The position numbers and the translations under genes are program-made. From Lama guanicoe (taxonomy: Eukaryota), in contig MU053629.1 of assembly GCA_013239625.1 (NCBI GenBank), forward strand, positions 4,863,567-4,927,566: a stretch of 64,000 nt of DNA, written 5' to 3'. Below are positions 12,377-25,140 of this stretch, one piece after another. Position 1 is the stretch's first letter; each line of letters opens with the position of its first letter. Below the pieces are notes generated by a model. It was given only the letters and a program-made list of their open reading frames with translations. It made no database searches and had not been told where the DNA came from.

Positions 12377-12807
12377 GTGGATAGCTGTGAATTGCTTCTG
12401 CCCGGCATTCAGTGCCCACTTTTCTGGTGACAGCACTACAATTTTGCCTTAGGAACTGACCCCTTCTCCATCTGATACAGTTTTGGTGGGACTGCCCATC
12501 AAGGAAGGGACCCTGTTGTCCCTGGCCAGGGCATGGGCCGTGCCAGTCAGATAGTCTCTCCTAGGAAGTTGAATTTTTTGAGCAGATGATACAAGACTAG
12601 AGAATGTTTGGGACCAATGCATCCTGGTTCTGGTGACTACCCCCTGGTGCCTGCTTCCCAGGGTCCTGGAACGGCTCTCCTGCTTATCCTTCTGGCCAGC
12701 TTCCCCCTGAGCTCTCTGTTGCCCCACATCTTCAGAGAGAGGACTTTCTGGGTAAGTTACCCAGAGTCAATTTCTGTTTCTTACCACCTAAGACCCCAGG
12801 CTAATAT
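12376..12807 (+). mobile_element. MaLR/ERVL solo LTR (MLT1K/L-like)
   Basis: tg start, ttttctggtgacagcactacaattttgccttaggaac, end ccagagtcaatttctgtttcttaccacctaagaccccaggctaata. Confidence 0.6.
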
Positions 12808-13739
12808 GGTACCCGGGCCACCTTGGTCTTTCAAGTCTCATTTCCTCCCCCTAGAATGGTTCAGGCTTCTCATTTTGTGTGAGTGGTCTTGCTAATTCCT
12901 GCTGTGTTTTATTTATGCTGTGGATGTGGTGTGGGTAGCCGGTGAGCAGGCCAGGTCGGGTGTAGGAGCTAAGAGAGACGGTGGGGTCGGCCAGATTCAG
13001 ATCCTAATTCCCAAGCCATGCTGCCAAATTGGGATTGCACAGCCATGAAAGGGGGCCTGTGGCGGATACAGGCAGAGCATGAAGCCACAGGATGAACACA
13101 CTCTGTCTTATCAAAGTACCAATTTGAAGATTTTATAATGGTAGGGAGGCATGGTTGTTGCTGTTTTTATTTTTTTTAAGTTTTAAATTAAATATGTATA
13201 GATTTTGGCAGTGAGTAGAAGAATCTGCAGGAATTTTTATGAGCGTACAAGTGTGTTCTCAGAAATTTCCTACTGGCAGAGAGCCAACTCCATATGCATA
13301 TCTAAACCTCTTAGCTGTATACGTTCTCTGTAGCTAGAAAGGGTATTTTGGTGGAAATTTAGAGAGACACAGACCAATGGTGGTGGGAGCTTTGGTGAAA
13401 CTGCACAGAGTGTTCTAATTCAGGTCCCCTCCTCTGTCTATTGTCAGATTCCTTTTTAGGGTTGAGCCAGAAGTAGGGGCCTGGCAGAGTCCTGCTCTGC
13501 CTGACATCTGCACAGACCCTGATTCCTGCTACCTTGTTAAAAATGGGCAACTTTGTGACAAATCACTCACCAAGGAAAGACATCCCCTTCTTCCACAGGT
13601 AAACGCAGGAAGCTTAAAAACAGAGTGATGGGTCTTACGATGGAGAAGGAAGTCAGGAAAGCAGGCCCGAATCTCATTTTTGTTGTGCCTACGATGCTAA
13701 ATATATGGATTCCTCTTATGTTCCAGGCATTTCCCACAC

Positions 13740-13882
13740 TTTTTAAAAATTGAAATATAGTCAGTTACACTGTGTCAGTTTCTGGTGTACAGCACAATGT
13801 CCCAGTCGTGCATATATTCGTTTTCATATTCTTTTTCACTAAAGATTATTGTAAGATGTCGAATATAGTTCCCTGTGCTATA
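13740..13882 (-). mobile_element. Short young L1 3' end inserted in a MIR
   Basis: ttgaaatatagtcagttacactgtgtcagtttctggtgtacagcacaatgtcccagtc; flanking repeat tcccaca. Confidence 0.85.
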
Positions 13883-15487
13883 CTCCCACATTTAATTGTT
13901 AACAGCCATGAGGCAAAGATAGTGTCATTCGCATGGTATAGCTGAAGATACTGGGACTCAGAGAGGTCGGGTGGGTAACCCAAAGCCATGCAGCTAATTT
14001 GGCCATTTTTCTTAAAGATCATTCTTATGCAACCCCCCTTTTGAAATGATACTCATTAAATCCACAAAACTTCAGTCCAAATGGGTTTATTGTCTGCTCC
14101 CTTCCTCCTAAGTGTGGGCCTCTCCTCACCAAGAGGACCCTGGCTCCCTGGGGCTGAGGGTACTGGAGAGAGGCTCAGAGAAGAGGAAGGGGCTTGAAGA
14201 TAATTTCCCCCAATGACTCTGTACTGAAGAGGGTGAGATTGTGGGCTTTGAGGACAAACAAAGGTGGATGTGAGACTCCACACACCTACTCATTTATAGA
14301 CAAGAGGGATAGGGCAGGGGGTACGGAGACAGAGAGACCCACCACCGCAGCATGCCACAGATTCCCCCAGGACACAGTTGGGTTCAAAACCCTCTGTTCC
14401 TTGTGTCTTTGCAAAGAGGAACAGCGGCTGCTACAGCTCCCACAACATCTGATCAAGTGTCCTGCAGAACGTTACCAAACACAGAGAAGCTGCTGACAAA
14501 TTGGCTGTGCGTGGGCCTGGCAGCCTGGCCCTGTCCAAACCTGCCCTCATGACCCCCTCCTGACCCACACTGTGCACCCTGCAGGCGCTCCTGCCATTCC
14601 CTGACACTGCTGGTGGGGGATCGAGGAGCAGCCCGGGGCCAGGACCGCAGGACACCCTTCCTTGACTCCTGGGATGGAGTCCATGGTGGTAAACTGCTCC
14701 TTGCCGAGTTCCCTTTTGTGGCGAGAGTGTTGTCTCCCACCCCCAGCTTTCCCAGGACGTTCTGTGCAGCAGGGCATGATAACACTGTGCTCAGGGCCCC
14801 GGGGCAGACGTCCTTTGTAGCCAAGCCCTGAACGCTCTGACCTCAGCACGGAACTCAGGCAGCTGGGGATTCACGATCATGGTATCCTCTACACGGAGGG
14901 GAGAGAGTCGGCTACTTTATTGCCAAGTTAAAAAAAATAAACAAACTTCCCTTCCATTATATGTTTCTTTTAAGGGAAGAAATTCCAATGTGCACTGTAA
15001 CACTGACCACGTTTATGCCATGCAGAGTCCCACCCGGGACTGTGCAGGCATTGGAGAAACCGCTGGAGTTTGTGCCGCTGGAGGGCAGGGTCCTGTGCCA
15101 GAGGCACGGATGCTCTGCCCAGAAAGGCCTGAAGGTTGGTCTAGTTCAGCCCAGAAAGCAGAGAGAGCTTGTCCAGGAAGCCACAGCCGGGCAGGGCCTG
15201 GGCTGGTGACATGCCCCACGGGAGGGAGGAGCCTGGGCTGTTGCTCATCGCTGCATGCTCACCCCCAGCAAAGACACTGCCTGTAGTTGGCCCATAGTTG
15301 CCACAGAAAACATGTGATGAAAGAAGGAATGAACAGCCCAGGACCCAGAGGCCCGGAGGCTGTTTCCCTGCTTCCGCAGTTAGGCGGTCTTGCGCGGGGG
15401 AGGTTTGCCCGGTGAAGGGATTTGTCCGATGGGTAGGTGGACAGACCACCGCCCTCCTAGCCGCTTCCCCACTTAGGCAGTGAGGAG

Positions 15488-15960
15488 GTGGTCCTCGCTG
15501 GGGACCCCATAAAGCAGACCCTAAGACGAGGGTTCGGTGGTAATTACTTGTTCAGAAGATGATCCCAGGAAATCAAGGGCAGGGAGTGGGGCAATGGGAC
15601 AGAGAAGGCAGGAGCGTCACCCCTTTGTTGAGGGATATTGATGGGTTGGTTGTTCCTCTGGGCAACTGGGGCTCAGTCCCGCTGGGGACCCTCTGAGGGG
15701 CCAGGAAGCTGTTAGCCATCAGCAGCTCTTCCTCACTGCGTGAGGTCGACATCTTGGGCTGTTGATTTTCTGCACTCCTGCCGGCCCCGTGCTCCGGCCG
15801 CGGAGAGAGCCCTCGGGCAGAGAGAAGCCCGTGAGCGCAGGAACTGGCCATCAGCAGGTGACCTGCCAGGTGGGCCGTGGGGCGACAGGTGGGACCATGA
15901 CGGCGTCTGCTGGAAGGCTGTCTACACTCTCGTCGCCGCTCCATCACCACCAGCCTAGGC
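15488..15960 (-). mobile_element. ERVL solo LTR (LTR33/LTR16-like)
   Basis: aagcagaccctaagacgaggg...gatgatcccaggaaat...ctgggcaactggggctcagtcccgctgggga. Confidence 0.65.
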
Positions 15961-18843
15961 TGTCTGCAGGTACAGAGTGCCCAGAAGGCAGCAGCACTGT
16001 CTGATGGTCACGGACTCGGGCTCATCCCGGCCGGCCAGCCAGCCATCTCCACACAAGCGGCTCCAGAATGCGCCATTTAGATGATGGTCCCAACTGCTCA
16101 GAGGGGCTGGTGGGTGATGAAGATAAGGGACACTCCCTTCTCTTACGTTGTTGTGCATTTCAAGGGTTAGCCTGGGTGTCACTGTCACTCACTGACAAAT
16201 CTTGTTTGTTCATCCAGTGTCTCGCATAGGCTCATATAGTCCCTGTAGGCTCAAGGCAGGTGTTTTTAACCCTATTTCTGAGCTGACACTGAGGGCTAGA
16301 GAAGGCTAGTGACTTTCTTAAGGTCACACAGCTGAACGTGCCAGCACAGGGTCTTGATTTTGCTATCCCTTATTTGATATGAACATCCCTCCAGGGTCAG
16401 TCCTTTGTGAATTACGGTTAAAAAAAAAAATGGAGACAGGAAGACATGTTGCGTGGCATGGTGACCCTCGGTGGGGAATAACCCATTACCTTTAAAAACA
16501 CTTTGTTGACCCTTAGTGAGAACAATCATTTACCCATTCATTCCTTTGTTCATGCATCTATACATCAAACACACTTGGGGGAGGCATGGAATATGTGCTG
16601 GCATGATGACAAGGGTTGGGATCCGCCATGACGCTTGCCCTTGAGAATTCACAGTGTGTAAGAAGACAGACATTGGGACACAACCATGTTAGAAAGTCAC
16701 TTACTTATTCCTTCAATTTGTGAAAGATTTTCAGCCTTCCAGTAGCCCTTATGGAAAAAACAAATGCCAAAAGATCTCTTAGTGAGGCAGGGGCCACACA
16801 CAGGCTGGGGTGGGAGTTTGAACACAAACTTCAGCAACTCACAGTTGTGTCAAGCATCCTGCGTGCATGTGTGTGCAGGGTGTGTGTGTGGGGGGTGGGG
16901 AGTGTGCCAGAGCACATTCTCTGAGATCAGAATCCCTCCCACCACATTCCCCACCACGTCTCCCCAGTCACAGGAACTTTGTAATCACATCCAGGCTGGG
17001 ATTTGACCAAACACAGCATTCCACCACCCTCTGCAACCTCTTTGTTTGATCTTCCCCCTGGAGACACAGGTCATGAGGAAGAGAAGGGGGAAGGGGGGAC
17101 AAACTGCAGAGAGCATGTGGGGAGCTTCCTCTGAGTCTTCTTTTGAATTCAGGAACTGAAAACAAGGTGCCGTGTCCCAAGGCCTCCTGAGTTAGCACTG
17201 CCTTAGCTTAATGGGGCTCAGTCACAGAAACCCAGAGCAGGGGCCACCCACCCAGGAGGTCATGAGTCCAAACCACTTGGTTTACAGAGCCCAGGAAGAG
17301 GCAGTAACTTCTCTGATGTCACACAGCAGAAAGAAGCTTTGCTTAAGGTAGCCACCCCTGGAGTGTGATTTCAGAAGCCCCAGGAAAAGACTCCCACTTT
17401 AGAGGCTTCCCTAGCAGTTGCTGATGGCGCCTAAGCTGCCTTCTCTTAGCACCCCGCCGTCTCGTCCACCATCAGAGATCAGCCTCACAAGCAAATGCAG
17501 CGGTAGAGGGAGTGTGGTGATGCAAACTCATTTATGCTAGGGTGTAGATGACTGATAGACATAGATGACTGAGATCATGGTTTTGGACACCGAGGGGTTT
17601 AGGTAGGGGGGCGGAGGAAAGGATATCAGAAGGGCACTGGATCCTGCAAAGGCAAGTGCTGATGGGCTCAGTCTAGAGGGAGGGGAGCACAGAGGAAGCA
17701 GCTTGAGGCAGCAAAGGGAAACTTAATACCTGCTTTGTAAGCCCTGGGTCCTGTGCCTGATTTTCTCTTCCCTCTGGGAAGGAAGCTGTGAGGTTTCTAA
17801 AGTGTCAAATCACTCTTCGAGTCTAATCCTGTTGCCTTCTAGAGAGAATGTGTTTTAGATTTATTTTCAAACTGCATCTCGAGGTATCAGCAGGGTCATT
17901 CACTTAAGCTACCTGGCTCTGGTGGCCGCCTCAGCTCTCAGGCATGGCAATACTTCCTTCCTCCAGCCCTCTGGGAAATGAGGTATTTCTCAGGGTGAGG
18001 GTTCTGTTTTGTCTTGTTTTGTTTTTTTAATCATTTAAACTCCCTGCTCTGTCTCTAATCTCTTCGTATTTTCAATACGAAAGTAGGTCCAAGGGGCATT
18101 TTACATTCTCTGAGTGTGTTGTAACTGATGTTTATAATTTAAAGTTCATCTTTTGCTCTCCGTCGTGCATTTAATTCCTTACGAAATACATAACTCATGG
18201 TAAAGGATTCAAAAAATAGAAAAACATGCGAAGTACAAAGTCGACATCCCTTTATCACTGTCTACTGCTAAGAGGTTGCCCCTGGTAGCACTTTGGTGTG
18301 TGTCTTTTTTTGCTTTTTGCCTCCTATATTTTTTAAACAAAAAAGGGATTATGTGCTATATCAGCAGTTCTCAAAGGGTGGTCTTATGAGTTCTGAAAGA
18401 TCCCTGGGACCGTTTCAGAGGGTCCACAAGGCCAAAGCTATTCCTATAATTGTGCTAAGGCATTATCTGCTTTCTTTACGGTGTTGACCTTTGCACGATG
18501 TTACAAAAAGCAAAAGTGGGCAAAATTGCTGGTGCCTTAGATCAAGGCGGTGGCACCAAACTGTCGGGGTGGTCGTTATATATTTCATCACCACTGTCTC
18601 AGAATAACAGAAATGCCAGCTTCCTTCAGAATGCCCTCAATGAAGCAGTAAAGATGATTAATTTTATTAAATTTCTACTCTGCAGTATTTCTGCTCTTTT
18701 TAAGATCCTGTGTAATGAGACGAGCAGTACACATAAGAGACTTCAGCTGCATTCCAAGGTGCAATGGTGGTCTGGAGGAGGGGTACTTGTACAATTGTTT
18801 GACTTGCAAAGCATTCAATTATTTTTTTTCTCAGAGAAACATT

Positions 18844-19432
18844 GTGTTTTCAATTTCTACTCACATGATGTCTTTAAAAAATTTTTTTTATTGAGGTATA
18901 GTCAGTTTACAATGTTGTGTCAATTTCTGGTGTACAGCACGATGCTTCAGTCATACATGAATATACATATATTCATTTTCATATTCTTCTTCACTGTAAG
19001 CTACTACAAGATATTGAATATATTTCCCTGTGCTGTACAGTATAAACTTGTTTATCTATTTTATATATACAGCCAGTATCTTCTCAAACTCCCAGTTTAT
19101 CCCTTCCCATCCTCCTCCCCCTGGCAACCACAAGTCTGTATTCTATGTCTGTGAGTCTGTTTCTGTTTTATATATGTTCATTTGTCTTTTTTTTTTCAGA
19201 TTCCAGATATGAGTGATATCATATGGCATTTTTCTTTCTCTTTTTCGCTTACTTCACTTAGAATGACATTCCCCAGGGCCATCCATGTTGCTGCAAATGG
19301 CATTATTTTATCATTTTCATGGCTGAGTAGTATTCCATTGTATAAATATACCACAACTTCTTTATCCAGTCATCTGTTGATGAACATTTAGGCTGTTTCC
19401 ATTTCTTGGCTATTGTAAATGGTGCTGCTATT
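18844..19432 (-). mobile_element. Young L1 3' end with extra 3' sequence
   Basis: ttgaggtatagtcagtttacaatgttgtgtcaatttctggtgtacagcac...; TSD agagaaacatt (18833-18843/19433-19443). Confidence 0.9.
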
Positions 19433-19841
19433 AGAGAAACATTTTTACTTGAAATAATGACTAACAGACAACCTATGGTGGGTCAGATGTGGGCATTTTT
19501 CAGACATTTTCTCAAAAATAAATGAGCCTGTTACTTCAAGGAATATTGGCAGTGTTTATTACTCATGATGAAATTCAAACTTTCAAGCAAAAGTTAGGAT
19601 TGTTTTAAATAAAAAGGGATTATAAGCTACCCAGCACTACTCAAATGCTGCTCTATGACATATTTGTCATTGTGAGCTGACAGCTTACAAACACTCAAAG
19701 ACTTTAGTGATGAGATTGATGGTGATATTAACAAATGATATTATTGTTAATAAAATATGTCAATAATTGCAACATTTGTACGACTCAGTGAATGGATAGT
19801 TTTCAGATGACCAATGCATGATGTTACAAAATCATGCATGG

Positions 19842-19989
19842 AGGAGGAGGGTGTACAGCTCAGTGGTAGAGCACGTGCTTAGCATACACGAGGTCCTGGG
19901 TTCAATCCCCAGTACTGCCACTAAAAAACAATGTAAGAGGTAAATAAGTAAATAAATGAATAACCAATACCCGCCCCTGTCCTTCCCCT
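19842..19989 (+). mobile_element. vic-1-type tRNA-Ala SINE
   Basis: agctcagtggtagagcacgtgcttagcatacacgaggtcctgggttcaatccccag; TSD aaatcMtgcatgg. Confidence 0.9.
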
Positions 19990-20900
19990 AAATCCTGCAT
20001 GGGTTAAGAACTCATTCAAAGTGGACAACAGACCAATGGATTTTAATGTAACAGAGCAGGAAAAGTTTATTGATACGGTTTCAGAATCCACTTTGCAACT
20101 GATCTTTGAGAAATGACTACCTGTTGAATTTTGGTGAACTCTCCAAGAAGAATACCCGCGAAGATCTGAAAAGGCTACTAAAATTAGCCTCCCTTTTCCG
20201 ACTACTTATGAATATGAGGCTGGGTTTTCTTCCTGTACGTCAACCAAAACAAGAAATCACAACAAATTGAATGCAGAAGCAGATATGAGAATCCAACTGT
20301 CTCCAATTAAGCCAGATATTAAATAGATTTGCAGAAATGTGAGACAGTGCCAACCTTCCTACTAAGTTATGTTTTGATATAGTACATTTTTTATAAAAAG
20401 GATGTGCCTTATGTATACTTGTAATGAGTTTATTATTGTTACTTTAAACAAATTAATAAGTACATTTTTAAATGTCTCAGTTTTCATTTCTAACATGGTA
20501 AATACCCATAGGTAAAACCTACATAACAAAACTCTTTGGGATCCTAATTAACTGATAAGACATGTTATTTCACACTTGATCATCATTACATGTCAATAAA
20601 CATAGGTCTAGCACATTCTTTCTCACTGTTGCATGTTTTCTCATAATTTGCTTAACCACTCCTCTTTTGATGCACACTTAGAATTGGTTATATTTTTTCA
20701 TTATTGTTTATAATGAACAACGAATATGACCTTTGCATTTAAATTTTAACTCACTTTTGCAAGTATTTACATAAGACAAACTCCTGGAAGAACTGCTGAA
20801 TCAAAGACCATGTACGTTTAGAAAATTAATAGATGTTTCAAAATGACATTCTTAAAAGAGTGGATCATTTTAAACTGCTATCCAAAATGTGCAAGAGAAT

Positions 20901-21049
20901 GGGAGGGGATAGCTCAGTGGTAGAATGCAGAGCTTAGCACGCACGAGGTCCTGGGTTCGATCCCCAGTACCTCCATTAAAAGTAATAATAATAAATAAAT
21001 AAACCTAACCACCTCCCCTCCAAAAATATAAAAAAGAAAGAAAGAAAGA
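20901..21049 (+). mobile_element. vic-1-type tRNA-Ala SINE
   Basis: tRNA-Ala head, A-rich tail, perfect 15-bp TSD aaaatgtgcaagaga (20884-20898/21050-21064). Confidence 0.93.
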
Positions 21050-21718
21050 AAAATGTGCAAGAGAGCCTGCTTTCTTTTCTTCTTCAATCAAGTGTTTTAT
21101 GTTTCTTCTTTTTTTTTTTTTTTTATTAAAGAAGGATAAATTACCAAAAGCCAGGTGAGGAGCAGGACTGTGGGGAGGTGTCATACTAGAAACCTAGGTA
21201 AATGGAAGGTACTGCAGGTAGGCATTAAGTTTTGCTCTGCCCTCCCAGGCAACTAAGGCAAAAAGAAACATGGCGATTTATACACCCTGCCTTATCTAGT
21301 AGGGAGTCAATGAGAACCCAAAGAAAGAAAGATCTATTCTTAACATTCATATACTGAGTGTATCCTTGCATGGACTTTTTTCTCTATTCTCTTAAAATTT
21401 TTGTTTTATTTTGGTTTATTCTATTTTATGGAGTAGGCAATACATTTGTTTGGTTTAAAAATAAAAATAATATTCGAAAGTACACAGTGAGAAGTCTGAT
21501 TTTCATTCCATCCCTGTCCACTCTTGTCCAAAAGGTAACCATTTTTCTTTATCATTTCACTGGTTTTGTGCAAGTTCACGCAAATATAAATTTTTTTTAA
21601 TTTCTCTCCTTTTCAGTCACGAAAAATAACATCCTCTATACTCTGATCTGCGTGTGCTGTATCTTGTTTTTTTCACTTCACTATCCATCCTAGAAACCGT
21701 ATAATATCCATGTATTGA

Positions 21719-21898
21719 GGACCACTGCCCAATAAGTCAGCCTACTGGCCACATGTGGTCATTTAAACTAAAATTGAAAAAATTAATTCCTTGGCAGAAC
21801 CAGCCACATTTCAAGTACTCAGTAGCTACATGCAGCCGGAGGCTATCACACTGGAGAGAGAAGAATATTTCCATTGTGGCAGAAAGTTCAATGCAGCT
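21719..21898. mobile_element. hAT MITE (MER33/MER3-like)
   Basis: ggccacatgtggtcatttaaa...agccacatttcaagtactcagtagctacatg...atttccattgtggcagaaagttc. Confidence 0.8.
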
Positions 21899-22129
21899 AA
21901 TTATTTTCAACTGTGTGGCTGTAACACAGTTAATGCTGCCAGTCTCACATGGCTGGACATTTGGGTTTGGGGCACTATTTTTGATATCATAACTAGTGCC
22001 CTATTATCACAGAAATTTTCTGCAGTTTTTTTTTTAATGTAGAAAGATCTAGTATTGTTTATTCACTGGATAGATGTCTTAGATGATCCATTCAAGGAAG
22101 ATCCTTTGGTCCAACTTGGTGAAGACTGT

Positions 22130-22560
22130 ATCCTCTATTCTGTGTCCCTGGGGACTGACCTCAGGGGCCTATATCTCTTACACTCAGGCCTCCAGTAGGG
22201 TTTGGTGAATGGGAAATATTGGAGGTAGCAAGGCCAGAGGACAGTGAGAAGAGAGGAATATATTTCCTTGGTTTCCTCTCTGCCAGGTCACCATGGTTGG
22301 CTTTGTGCCTCTGTCTAAGGCCACAGCTCCTGTCGGGGGGACCCTCTCCATATGCACCCTCTGGCTTGGTACTGGCCATCACTTCCTCCCCTCTCCTCTC
22401 TAGACCTAGAGATGCTAACTGCTTCCACTGCTGCTAGCCCCGGGGTGCTGCACTGGCCTGTGCCAGTTTCCCTAAACTCTGCCCTCACTCTTTTACAAAT
22501 AGTCCGTTTATAAATACTCCTCAAATCACACAGATACCCTGCAGGGGGCCTGAGTGACAT
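22130..22560 (+). mobile_element. ERVL solo LTR (LTR40/41-like)
   Basis: aaggccacagctcctgtc...ctagacctagagatgctaactgcttcc...ccctaaactctgccctcactcttttacaaatagtcc. Confidence 0.65.
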
Positions 22561-24479
22561 ATACAGCTTAGAAACGTTGTAAAAGTATTAGGTACGGCTG
22601 CTTTTAATAATAACTTTAGATAAAAAAGAAATACATGGTCTAATCTGAAAGATTGCTCTCAATCCACGTAGACCGAAGATTGAGTTTAGAAAATTCCCCA
22701 GAAATGGTTGCTCAGAATATCCCAAGCTGAATCCTCTGGCAGGTACGGGTGTGATGCCTGATGTCTGCACCAAGATTCCCCGAGGTGGCCTGTAGCTGAC
22801 TGTTGTCAGTGGAAGGAAGAGGTGATGCCAGATCAGCAATCAAAGACCTAAGTTGTTCTTAACCACTGAATAGAGTGTTTAGAACCGCGCTTAACAATTC
22901 CATGGCTCAGGTGTTACCCTGAATCTCAAGTATGATCCAGTGCTATAAAGTAGGGGGAGACCGCACTACAGAAGGGCGCAAGGCTTGTCGTGACACTAAG
23001 TGGCCCCCTTTGGTGGCTTCTTGAGTTCTTACATCTCAAGTATACTTTTCTGTATTACAGTTTGGGGCCTATTTCCTCACTGTAGGCTTTAAGACACCAT
23101 ATCTTATAGCTTAGAAAGGGCTAAATGTTGAAATGTCGACAATTGTTGGTGGATGAATAATGTTTGACTAATGGCTGTAAATGCTTTTTCATCTTCCATT
23201 TCCCCTCTTTAATATTATCTGCCTCTCATCTGCTATACGCTGGATGGCCAGATGTCGGGCCTTGTGGCAACAGGTGTGCTGCTGGAAGGAGTCAGTATGG
23301 GAAAGCAACTTATTTGATTCTTGAGGCCTTAATGCCCACGTGGAGCTCCTTTGGAGGAAAGCTGGCCGCGCCACCCTGCCACCATGGCGCAGGCATGGGC
23401 AACAAACCCAAGAACCACTGGCTATAGATTGACCAGCAGCCAATGAGACAGCCCCAAAAGGACCCCAGTAACTAACTGAACCAATCGGACCCTGTCTTTT
23501 GGAGAATTGGGATGTGAATCTTAAGAGGGCATCCTGTGCCGAGGAGGCGATGGGAGGAGGCAGATGTGCGGAGAGAAGGCAGTGAGCAGAAGCCCCCAGG
23601 TGGAGCGAGGCTGTAGGAGCAGTAACAGCAGAGGCAGAGAGCAGCTTTGTTTCTGATGGTGGAGCCACAGAGTCAGGGGCAGTGGGTGCCAGGGACCACT
23701 AGGCAAGGCTCCAGGCATCAGAGCTGCAGCGATCCCGAATGACCCGCTACGCTATGTCCTGTTTGCCTCCAGGGCTGTTTTCAGGAGAGAGAGTTGGTGC
23801 AGGGTAAATGCGCCCGTGTGCACGATGGCCGGGGCTGTTTTGTCTGTTCATTGAGGAGGTAAGGAGCTCAGATTTACGCTAACCAAAGTATCATTACTTT
23901 CTTGATTTTTTTTTTTCTCAATGTAAGCATTTGACCCGTGGTGCCTGGAATATCTATTAAAATTTACTCAAGAAGAGACATACTTTGGAGCTGAGGTCCT
24001 ATTTTCCACTTTCTTTTTCTTGCATTTTGGGTCTGACAGGAGGTTCTTAACATCGCCTCCCAGGTGTGGGGACCAGCCACTAGGTAGTGCGTGTAAAGAA
24101 TGAAATGAGTTTGGAAAAAAGTTAAACGAAATTCATTGCCAAGATGCCTCGGGCTTTAAAAATCCTACTCAGAGTATCTGCCAGCATGATTTTTAGACGC
24201 TCAGTTCAAGGTCATGGAATTCCTCACCCTCCTCGTCTCTGTTTTCTCAACCTTTCAGCTACACCAACTCCCACCCCACCTCCTTCACTGCCTTCTCAGG
24301 CTGTCTTGGCTCCTCTACCCTTGCCTTTCTTTATTCTTCTGACACAATGTAATATTTCCCAGCACCAGACGTTATTACTCTGTGTTCATAGATAAGGAAC
24401 CCAGGGTGCTGGCATAAAGGACAGAGCGGGCCTCAGTGAGGACATTCATTGCCAGCTGCCCCCCAGGAGTGCATGGAGA

Positions 24480-25140
24480 ACACAGCAATGGGCCCAAGAA
24501 AGCCAGAAAAGAAAGACTTGCTAAACAAGCTCCAAAGAAATCCAGAAGCCGTAAAGGAAAAATGAACACATTTGATTGCATAGAACACTTTAAACTTCTG
24601 AATGACAAAAGATAACCATAAGAAAGTCAGAAGACAAATGGCAGAATGGAGGAAAAATATTTGCAGCACATGTAACAGACAAAAGGTAAATGTCCTTCCT
24701 ATACAAAGAGCACTCCACAATTTAATAAGAAAAATATAAAAAGGCCCAAGAGAAAAATTAGGGTAAGGTTTGAACCAGCAGTTCATAGAGGCGAAAATGC
24801 AAACCTCCAGAACACATAAAATGATGCCTGAGCAAGGAAATGCAAAACCTGAAACAATGAGGTGCTACTTTGTGCCCATCAAATTGGAAAAAACTAAAAA
24901 GACAGGTAACACCCAGTAAGACAACAGCTGTACTTATACAGAGTTCATGATATATTAAGTGAAAAACGCAAGCAAAAAAAATTAAATAGATAAATAAAGC
25001 ATGGAGAGAGAGAGAAACAGAGAGTGGCCAATGGGTAGGTCCAGTTAAACGTGAAGAGATAAATAAAGAAAGAAACACAGCAAATTGTTAATCTGGGAAG
25101 TGGGCAGAGGGGTCTGGTGAGGCCTTTGTACAGCTCTTTC
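24480..25140 (+). mobile_element. Ancient L1ME-type ORF2/3' fragment
   Basis: aaagtcagaagacaaatggcagaatggaggaaaaatatttgcagcacatgtaacagacaaaagg. Confidence 0.75.

Larger units (their letters stand above)
18362..20550 (+). mobile_element. hAT DNA transposon Charlie1a-like, 3' TIR lost; interrupted by an L1 and a vic-1 SINE
   Basis: cagcagttctcaaagggtggtc start; transposase remnant LQNALNEAVKMINFIK...LFKILCNETSSTHKRLQLHSKVQWWSGG in ORF 18498; gaatgcagaagcagatatgagaatccaactgtc. Confidence 0.9.

Noticed and set aside
18498..19154. Longest ORF (218 aa) as a gene
   Set aside because: Chance read-through of a Charlie transposase remnant into antisense L1 sequence
20901..20976. tRNA-Ala gene (also the other SINE heads)
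   Set aside because: Stem mismatches or indels, A-rich tails and TSDs identify these as SINEs
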